Part shown: positions 57,308 through 64,000 of the stretch, one piece after another
Layout: every line of letters begins with the position of its first letter
Numbering within the stretch: position 1 is the first letter of the stretch
Origin: an uncultured Candidatus Cloacimonadota bacterium
GTDB taxonomy: Bacteria; Cloacimonadota; Cloacimonadia; Cloacimonadales; JAJBBL01
DNA: 64,000 bases
Assembly (NCBI GenBank): GCA_964490765.1
Contig: CAZBDV010000010.1
Location: forward strand, 2,451-66,450
Direction of reading: 5' to 3'
Notes under the pieces: generated by a model
What the model was told of the DNA's origin: nothing
The model's database searches: none
What the model saw: the letters and a program-made list of their open reading frames with translations, nothing else
Translations under genes and position numbers: made by a program

Positions 57308-59080
57308 ATGAAGAATATAAGGTTTAATCAGTTATTGTTAAGTATTGTTTTACTGCTTGCTGCTGCTTTCTGTTACTCGCTGACAGATCTGCAGCCGGAA
57401 TTTGGAAACGCTTCCGGATACAGGAATTCCGTTCCGGAAATAGAACAGGTAAATTTGTCATATGATGTGGATGGCTGTTACATCTATATGAGTTGGCTTC
57501 CTTATGAAGAGGAGGATAACATCGGTTTCAATCTCTATCGTAATAATGAATTTCTCGACTATATCGAAAGGGAAACATATGCATGGGGCTACTATTACGC
57601 CGATTATGATGTTATTAATATGAACCAATACAGTTATTACCTGACTTTCGTCTATGATGACGGAGAGTCCGACCCTTCCGAGACTGTGGCAGTATGGGTT
57701 CTCTACCCACCCTATCCGATCACTGCCCTTCCCTATGGGGATCATGTAGTGATAACATGGGAAGCACCGGAAGAAGATACACGCCTGATCAACGGATACA
57801 ATATCTATAAAAACTTCGAACTACTCAATCCCGAACCGGTCACTGAACTTGCATACATTGATTATGATGTAAACCAGGGGATGCTCTATAACTATTTAGT
57901 GACTGCCGTCTATGAAGATATGGGAGAATCTGCTGAATCTAACTGTTTCTATGTCATCGTAGAAGACAAAGTCGATCCACCTCAGAACATACTACATACA
58001 GTTGATATCGACGAAGTTATGCTCTCCTGGGAGCGTCCTGCAAATAACGGAAACTGGTATCGTTTTGACGATGATACTGTCGGAGGTGCCTACGTATCTG
58101 ACAGCGGAGATTTTACAGCAGTGATCCATTATGATCTCATGGACCTCTTCAACTACAATAACTGGAGACTTGAGAGAATCAGTTTTGTTCCTCTATCAGA
58201 TGAAGGGACATATACTTTTGAGTTATGGGAAAAATCTCCCTGGAGTCCTGATACATATGAGTTATGGACCCAGATAGAACTGGAAGATATAGTTCCGAAT
58301 GAATGGAACACCGTTCCTGTTTCGGAATGGGATGGTCCTGTGATCGCAGGCGGTTATACTCAGTTCAGGATAGCTATCAGATGTGAAGGTGTTAATGCCG
58401 GCATTGCTTATGACGATAGCCCTAATATGCACGAACGTTCTGACTTGCTGATCATAGACGGTAATGAAACAAACCTCTCTGAACAGGGGATAGATGCAAA
58501 CTGGAAGATCAGGGGATACATGTCTCCGCCACAACCTTTTGTGCCCGGAAATGGAATCGAGTTATTGGGATATAATCTTTATCGTGATGATGTGCTGATC
58601 ACTCAGCTGGCTGAAATCAATGAACACTTCATTGAAACAGGTCTTGCCGATGGCGTGTATCAATATCATATGACTGCAGTTTACGAGATCGAGATCGGTT
58701 TTGATGTATATTACATTGAATTTGAATCGATGGAATCGGAGCTCGTAACGGTCTCGGTCGGCATCACAGGAGTAGAAAAGGATCCCGTACAGGAGATCGT
58801 CACCAATGATGTCATTCTCCATAACTATCCCAACCCCTTCAATCCTGATACGACGATTACTTTCAGCCTGAACAACCCTTCCAGAGTGCAGATCGATATC
58901 TATAACATTCAAGGCAGGAAAGTACGCTCTCTGGTAGCCGAAGAATTCTCTTCCGGTCTGCATCAGATCGTCTGGGATGGTACTGATGATTACAGAAAAC
59001 CTGTCGGCAGTGGTGTTTACTTTTCCCGCATGACCACCAAAAAGAGCACCAGTACCAATAAGATGCTGCTACTTAAATAA
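57308..59080 (+). CDS. Secreted Fn3-repeat protein with an unassigned central domain and a T9SS C-terminal sorting domain
   Basis: Signal peptide. Repeated GFNLYRN/GYNIYKN/GYNLYRD...Y.VTAVY modules. C-terminus YPNPFNPDTTITFSL...SGVYFSRM...TNKMLLLK. Starts 9 nt after the upstream gene. Confidence 0.8.
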   Translation: MKNIRFNQLLLSIVLLLAAAFCYSLTDLQPEFGNASGYRNSVPEIEQVNLSYDVDGCYIYMSWLPYEEEDNIGFNLYRNNEFLDYIERETYAWGYYYADYDVINMNQYSYYLTFVYDDGESDPSETVAVWVLYPPYPITALPYGDHVVITWEAPEEDTRLINGYNIYKNFELLNPEPVTELAYIDYDVNQGMLYNYLVTAVYEDMGESAESNCFYVIVEDKVDPPQNILHTVDIDEVMLSWERPANNGNWYRFDDDTVGGAYVSDSGDFTAVIHYDLMDLFNYNNWRLERISFVPLSDEGTYTFELWEKSPWSPDTYELWTQIELEDIVPNEWNTVPVSEWDGPVIAGGYTQFRIAIRCEGVNAGIAYDDSPNMHERSDLLIIDGNETNLSEQGIDANWKIRGYMSPPQPFVPGNGIELLGYNLYRDDVLITQLAEINEHFIETGLADGVYQYHMTAVYEIEIGFDVYYIEFESMESELVTVSVGITGVEKDPVQEIVTNDVILHNYPNPFNPDTTITFSLNNPSRVQIDIYNIQGRKVRSLVAEEFSSGLHQIVWDGTDDYRKPVGSGVYFSRMTTKKSTSTNKMLLLK

Positions 59081-59140
59081 CGCAGTAAGAAGATAAATCT
59101 TGTTCTCATAAAATCCTCATGCAACGAGGTAAATGACCAT

Positions 59141-59174
59141 CAGGGGGTTGGATTGTTCAACCCCTGTTTTTTTT
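59141..59174 (+). terminator. Rho-independent terminator of the two-gene cargo operon
   Basis: GGGGTTG gattgtt CAACCCC followed by T8. Confidence 0.8.
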
Positions 59175-59189
59175 AGAAGTAAGAATAAT

Positions 59190-59535
59190 GTTGTGGAGTT
59201 GTGAAGTCCTGAAGTTGTGAAGTCCTGAAGTTTTGGAGTGCTGACGGTTAATGGAGTAATGGAGTGATGGGGTGATGAAGTGATGGGGTAATGAAGTAAT
59301 GGGGTCACGATGTAATGAATAATGAATATCTGTCAAATTGGTAAAGTAAGGTGTTTGGTTACTTTGCTCCCAATGGACTTGCTTCGACTTCCTTCCGGTT
59401 TTTTTTCAGGGGTGGCAAGCTCCCGCTTGCCACAACCCTTGCTTTGCCCCGGCAGCTTGCTAATCCTCCCTCTGGTTTTTCACCTCAAAACTCCACAACG
59501 CTTTCCGGCACACCTCCTTTTCCGGCCTATTGTTT
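59190..59535. repeat. Diverged second copy of the tRNA-Val-associated repeat family: an inverted purine-rich arm followed by a forward pyrimidine-rich arm
   Basis: 59199-59230 is a perfect 16-bp x2 tandem (GTTGTGAAGTCCTGAA). The reverse complement of about 59262-59290 matches CATCACTTCATTACTCCATCAC of the 49.0-kb unit at about 20/22 positions. 59379-59476 carries CTTGCTTCGACTTCCTTCCGG and CTTGCTAATCCTCCCTCTGG in forward orientation. Confidence 0.75.
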
Positions 59536-59549
59536 TCAGAATACTTAAG

Positions 59550-59633
59550 ACACCGTCACCTCGGGAATATACTTCTACAGAATGACAACATCTGCTTTAG
59601 ATAGAAACGAAAAGATGATCATGATGAAGAAGG
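59550..59633 (+). pseudogene. Remnant 3' end of a T9SS-cargo gene (last ~25 codons of the sorting domain only)
   Basis: This frame reads (stop)DTVTSGIYFYRMTTSALDRNEKMIMMKK, which parallels SGIYFYTI...INKMMMIK, SGVYFSRMTT...KMLLLK and the other cargo C-termini. A TAA lies immediately upstream at 59547-59549 and no upstream coding body exists. Confidence 0.7.
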
Positions 59634-59874
59634 TTAGTAAAGCAGTAATTAACAAAAGGGGCGGATTCAAGGTTCACTCTCCTTTGTTAATATACAAAGA
59701 AAATAATTAGATCTTGAATAGAAGTGATATTGCGTTAGCAACGCCAATTTCACAGTCTTCCTTGCCTTAAAAGCTGTCAACAATTCTGGCTCACCAATTT
59801 CAGTACACCTCAATATGAACATAGTATATCTTCCAATTTTCAAGTCAAAAAGACAGGAATCTTAGCTAATTAAT

Positions 59875-60300
59875 TTAGTGATCTCGATACCTTGCCATCC
59901 AATTTGTTTGATCATGCCCAGTGTTAGGATTTCGTATTATGCTAACAAGATAATGTTTGAAATATAGCTCTTCCGGATAATCGAGACTACCAAAATTTTG
60001 CCATACAGTACGAGAATCGAAAATATGAATTACAATGTGTCCACGATCTCGATTCTTATATATTGAGTGAAGATTCTCTGCAAGCTCTAATACTTCTTCT
60101 TTCGTAGATTCTTCTGATACAAGTATTTCCATACCATTACCTCCAGCTGGGATTTTCCAACTTCTAAGTACTTGATATTCAATTATATCAGATTCATCTA
60201 TTTCAAGAACCTCCGTATCTTCTGATTGACCTTGATTTATAATATAGCCAATCAAAAGCAAAAAGAGAACGATAACTGCGATAATTAAAATGATTTTCAT
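59875..60300 (-). CDS. Membrane-anchored hypothetical protein in an AT-rich islet
   Basis: 141 aa, N-terminal hydrophobic anchor (IILIIAVIVLFLLLIGYII), GGAGG RBS. No motif recognised. Confidence 0.55.
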   Translation of the reverse strand: MKIILIIAVIVLFLLLIGYIINQGQSEDTEVLEIDESDIIEYQVLRSWKIPAGGNGMEILVSEESTKEEVLELAENLHSIYKNRDRGHIVIHIFDSRTVWQNFGSLDYPEELYFKHYLVSIIRNPNTGHDQTNWMARYRDH

Positions 60301-60608
60301 AATTTCCTCCTTAGAATTTAGTTTATAAGATTAATTATTGCGGCAAGATGTCAACGGAATTTAAAATTACGTAGACATCTAATGTGATTTTTAATAAAAG
60401 GGATACATAATATATAGCACCTGACTTACAAGTTATAATATCAGTGTATCGAATGGTTTCTCGCAATCCCAAGCGGTAAGTAGTTTCTCTTCGAGTTCCA
60501 GTTAATCCTTGACTGTCAGAGGAGAAGTATTTCATTCAGGTCAGGGGTTGTTTGAACCCTATCATTGAAGTTGTTAAGAAGTTATAGAAAAAGGGAAAAG
60601 AGTGGGAT

Positions 60609-62255
60609 ATGATTGTTAAGAGCCGGGTGAGAGGTTCTATTAGCAGTACTGTTAGTTTGTTGCTGCTGGTGGTTTTGCTGCAGATGATGCCGTTGGCATT
60701 GGGAGCGACGGAACTGTTTTGCCACCTGCATGAAGAGAGGGGAGAGGCTGCTGAGGAAGCACCTACTTTTATCAGAGAGTTTCTCAGTTTTAGCGAATCG
60801 GGGGATTCTGTGATCCGGATCAGCAGGGTTGATCTTAATCGACTCTTTCAGCAGCGGGAAGGTTTTAGAGCTGGTCATGCTGTCTATTTTGAACTACCTG
60901 CGGGGGAGAGGCTGACCGGTTTCGTGGAGAGTTTCGTAGAAGATATCAACGGGACACTTACCCTGCGAGCGAGAATCGAAGGTTCGGAGTTCGGTTATAT
61001 TCTGATCTCCCATTCAGAGGGGAGATATCTCGGAAGGATCAGTATTCCCGAAAGAGGGGAGTATTATCAATTGATGAGTTCCCGTGACCGTGAGCACTAC
61101 CTTCTGCAGATAGACAAATCAAGGAAGGGGCATATCCAGCGGAGCGGGCCGATAATTCCACCGGCAGATACTAGTCCGCAACGAATGTCAGGCCGGAGAG
61201 AAGCAGGGCCGGATGACCTGGCAGTAATCGACCTGATGATCGTCTATACCCCTACAGCATACTCCTGGGCAGAAGTAAATTCCGGCGGGATAAATAACAC
61301 TATAGCCCAGGCGATGAACATGGCTCAGATAACCCTCGATAACAGCCGGACCTCGATAATATTGAGACTCGTGCTCTCGCGGCAGGTTAATCATGGAGAA
61401 TCACCAAACGGTTCGGTAGAACTTTTCAGGATAAGGTCTTCACCGGAAAGCCCCTGGCCGGAGCAGCATCAGGGTTACCAGGTGGCCGGGTATATGGACG
61501 AGATCCATCTCTGGCGTGACCAGTACGGAGCCGATCTCGTGGCTTACTTTGCCTTCGTCACGGATTGCAGCGGGATGGCCTTCCTGCTCCAGGATGTTAA
61601 CGGACAGCCGGATTATGGTTTCTCCCTGACCAACATTCAGGCTGCAGCCTCATCCTACACCCATATCCACGAAATAGGGCATAACATGGGTGCCCATCAC
61701 CACATAGAGCAGAATTTCCAACCGGGCTCGGGGATTTTTTACTATTCGTCCGGCTGGCGCTGGACCGGTTCTGACGGGAATCATTACTGCAGTGTAATGA
61801 CCTACGAATCAAGCCAGTATTTCTCTGATAATATCGACCACGTAAACGTGCCCTATTTTTCCAATCCCGATGTCCTGCATTTCGGAGTGGAAACCGGTCA
61901 TCCTGTCTATGCCGATAATGCCAGAACCCTGAGGGAGACGAAACACGTCGTGGCCTCATACAGAGGTATTGAAGATCAGTATGCCCCCCTGATCAGGAAC
62001 TATCCCAACCCCTTCAACGAGACGACGACCATCTCCTTTCTGGTGAGCGAACAGGGTAGGGTGAAGATCGATATCTTTAATATAAAAGGCCAGTTAGTAA
62101 CGACCTTGCTAAACGAAGAGATCGATGCGGGAATGCATACAGCCAGCTGGGACGGCAGAGACGCAGGGGGGAGAATACAGGCGAGCGGGCTCTATATCTA
62201 CCGGGTGAAAGATCCGGAGAATATCAGAACCCGTAAGATGATGCTGTTGAAGTGA
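60609..62255 (+). CDS. Secreted reprolysin-like (M12B-type) zinc metallopeptidase with a T9SS C-terminal sorting domain
   Basis: HEIGHNMGAHH (HExxHxxGxxH). Signal-like N-terminus. C-terminus YPNPFNETTTISFLV...SGLYIYRV...TRKMMLLK. Confidence 0.8.
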   Translation: MIVKSRVRGSISSTVSLLLLVVLLQMMPLALGATELFCHLHEERGEAAEEAPTFIREFLSFSESGDSVIRISRVDLNRLFQQREGFRAGHAVYFELPAGERLTGFVESFVEDINGTLTLRARIEGSEFGYILISHSEGRYLGRISIPERGEYYQLMSSRDREHYLLQIDKSRKGHIQRSGPIIPPADTSPQRMSGRREAGPDDLAVIDLMIVYTPTAYSWAEVNSGGINNTIAQAMNMAQITLDNSRTSIILRLVLSRQVNHGESPNGSVELFRIRSSPESPWPEQHQGYQVAGYMDEIHLWRDQYGADLVAYFAFVTDCSGMAFLLQDVNGQPDYGFSLTNIQAAASSYTHIHEIGHNMGAHHHIEQNFQPGSGIFYYSSGWRWTGSDGNHYCSVMTYESSQYFSDNIDHVNVPYFSNPDVLHFGVETGHPVYADNARTLRETKHVVASYRGIEDQYAPLIRNYPNPFNETTTISFLVSEQGRVKIDIFNIKGQLVTTLLNEEIDAGMHTASWDGRDAGGRIQASGLYIYRVKDPENIRTRKMMLLK

Positions 62256-62319
62256 AAAGTTGCTCTATTTATGGGTATAATCTTCAAGAGGGGAAACCGA
62301 TTTGTAATCATTTTGTCAG

Positions 62320-62335
62320 GGGCTATGCTATTGCA
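62320..62335 (+). promoter_or_regulatory. Candidate sigma-54-like (-24/-12) box upstream of the glycosyltransferase gene
   Basis: gGGCtatgctaTTGCA has GG and GC at consensus spacing with a complete TTGCA. It lies 54 nt upstream of the ATG at 62389. Confidence 0.3.
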
Positions 62336-62388
62336 GATCTAGTGATCATTAAAAATGAAGAGGCTCTTACGCCTATCAGAGGAGAATT

Positions 62389-64000
62389 ATGAGAAAGATT
62401 GCATATATTGGAACTTATCCCCCGCGGCAATGCGGGATCGGCACGTTCACTAACAATTTGCTGATGGCAATCGGTAAGAATATTGATAGTGAAAAACCAA
62501 CCGATCATTCTTTAGTAGTCGCTATTAATGACTATGATATTGATTATGATTACCCTCCTGAAGTTAAATATACTGTCCGACAGGGCCATCAACGCGATTA
62601 TGTCGAAGCAGCCGAGTTCATTAATTATAACAAGACGGAATTGTGCATACTGCAGCACGAATTTGGCATCTTCGGTGGTGAAATGGGTGTTTACATCTTA
62701 CCACTTATACGTAAGCTGGAAGTACCGCTTATGGTGACTTTCCACACCATTCTCAAAGATCCCAGTACTACGCAAAAATCAATTGTACAGCAGATATCCG
62801 AAAAAGCCTCAAAGGTTATTGTTATGAGCAATAAAGCCATAGAATTATTGCAATCCGTGTATGGCATCAAAGAAGAGAAATTGATCTTAATACCACACGG
62901 TGTCCCAGTTTATAGGATACCGCCCACTGACATTATCAGAAAGAAATTGAAGTTTGAAGATCGCAAAGTGCTCTTCACTTTCGGATTGATCAGCCGTAAC
63001 AAAGGTATTGAAACAGTTATTAAGGCACTTCCGGAAGTCGTGGAAAAACATCCTGAATTACTATATCTAGTAGTTGGTAATACGCATCCTAATGTCTTAA
63101 AGGATCAGGGTGAAGAGTATCGCAATTATCTGATCCAATTGATCAGGGAATATGATCTAGGTAATCATGTCTCCCTACAGAGACAATTTCTGGATGAGCA
63201 GACTCTCTTTGAATATCTTACCGCTACCGATGTCTATGTAACACCTTATCATAATGAAGAGCAAATCACTAGCGGTACCCTCTCTTACGCCGTTGGAGCT
63301 GGAACAGCTATTGTTTCCACCCCTTATTGGCATGCTCAGGAGCTTTTAGCCGAAGGAAGGGGTATTTTATTCGGTTTCAAAAATTCAGAGCAATTAGCGG
63401 ATATATTAACAGATCTTTTCAATCATCCTGAACAGCTTCAAAAACTGAGGCAGAAAACATATAATTACGGCAGAAAGTTGAGTTGGCCTCTTGTAGGTAA
63501 TCAATATCTCAAATTAGCGAAAAAGATCCAGCGTTCTTTCATCAAAGAAGAGATAGAACATTTTATCATAGAACCCACCCTGCTACCCGATTTCAGTTTA
63601 CAGCATATCAAACGTTTGACTGACGATACAGGGATACTCCAGCATTCTCTGTTTGGTGTACCGAATTTAAAAGAGGGTTATTGTCTTGATGATAATGCCC
63701 GTGCTTTGATTTTAGCGGTTATGGCATATCAAGTGAAATTTAATCCGATTACACAGGAATTAATATTGATATATCTCAGTTTTGTCCATTATATGCAAAA
63801 CGATGACGGGACTTTCAGAAATTTTCTGTCTTATAACCGGCAATATCTCGATAAGAAAGGTTCCGAAGATTCATTCGGACGTGCTATGTGGGCTTTAGGT
63901 TACCTGATAGATCGCTCACCTAACAATTCTTACAGGCAGTTTGCCCAGGATATTTTCAGGAAAGCGAAACCAAATTTTACCACTCTGAAATATCAGCGGG
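62389..64000 (+). CDS. Family-4-like glycosyltransferase fused to a C-terminal (alpha/alpha)-barrel-like domain, 3' end outside window
   Basis: Absent from the supplied ORF track because it has no stop in the window. I translated it by eye with no stop for 537 codons (MRKIAYIGTYPPRQCGIGTF...). GT4-type E-x7-E region (EEQITSGTLSYAVGAG). The downstream DDNARALIL...GRAMWALGYL resembles glycoside-hydrolase-like barrels. AGAGGAG RBS. Confidence 0.8.
   Translation, partial: MRKIAYIGTYPPRQCGIGTFTNNLLMAIGKNIDSEKPTDHSLVVAINDYDIDYDYPPEVKYTVRQGHQRDYVEAAEFINYNKTELCILQHEFGIFGGEMGVYILPLIRKLEVPLMVTFHTILKDPSTTQKSIVQQISEKASKVIVMSNKAIELLQSVYGIKEEKLILIPHGVPVYRIPPTDIIRKKLKFEDRKVLFTFGLISRNKGIETVIKALPEVVEKHPELLYLVVGNTHPNVLKDQGEEYRNYLIQLIREYDLGNHVSLQRQFLDEQTLFEYLTATDVYVTPYHNEEQITSGTLSYAVGAGTAIVSTPYWHAQELLAEGRGILFGFKNSEQLADILTDLFNHPEQLQKLRQKTYNYGRKLSWPLVGNQYLKLAKKIQRSFIKEEIEHFIIEPTLLPDFSLQHIKRLTDDTGILQHSLFGVPNLKEGYCLDDNARALILAVMAYQVKFNPITQELILIYLSFVHYMQNDDGTFRNFLSYNRQYLDKKGSEDSFGRAMWALGYLIDRSPNNSYRQFAQDIFRKAKPNFTTLKYQR

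Noticed and set aside
48945-59640. Classical integrative element at tRNA-Val
   Set aside because: There is no integrase, excisionase, transposase or conjugation gene in the block, and the putative right-end core repeat is only about 8 nt. It is kept only as a rearrangement hypothesis in the findings.

Overview
The window looks like a chromosomal segment of an uncultured, probably anaerobic bacterium. Seven proteins end in a 'YPNPFNP...G(I/V)YF(Y/F)R...KMxLLK' type-9-secretion (T9SS) C-terminal sorting domain, which suggests an FCB-superphylum, Cloacimonadota-like lineage. That placement is an inference and was not checked against any database. I can support about 55 coding genes, 3 tRNAs (Leu-CAG, Pro-UGG, Val-UAC), several rho-independent terminators, one textbook sigma-54 promoter and two unusual repeat loci. 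I saw no rRNA, CRISPR array, transposase, integrase or recognisable phage or defence genes. Housekeeping content: an ECF-type ABC module, a TtcA-like PP-loop ATPase, queD, engB, corA, two MscS channels, dCMP deaminase, folA, bamA, FetAB-like and MdlAB-like ABC exporters, and an Fe-S protein/TetR/hcp/flavodiiron detoxification cluster. Accessory content is dominated by large secreted T9SS cargo proteins: M28 and S8 peptidases, an RCC1 propeller, two other propeller proteins, an Fn3-rich protein and a reprolysin-like metalloprotease. Observations most worth a second look: (1) A cytoplasmic TPR histidine kinase and a GAFTGA-type sigma-54 activator are transcribed divergently from a perfect TGGCAC-N5-TTGCA promoter that drives a two-gene T9SS-cargo operon; two weaker sigma-54-like boxes sit upstream of other genes. 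(2) A pyrimidine-rich higher-order repeat starts inside the 3' end of tRNA-Val; a diverged, partly inverted copy lies 10 kb away beside a T9SS-domain gene remnant, so the two bracket the sigma-54 block. (3) A four-lipoprotein CsgG-like/DUF4810/DUF799 operon. (4) A translationally coupled operon of a sulfite-oxidase-fold protein (apparent Cys->Ser at the Mo ligand), DHFR and a secreted ankyrin protein. (5) A minisatellite insertion that uncouples two acyltransferase genes. All family assignments rest on motifs read by eye in the supplied translations. No searches were run.
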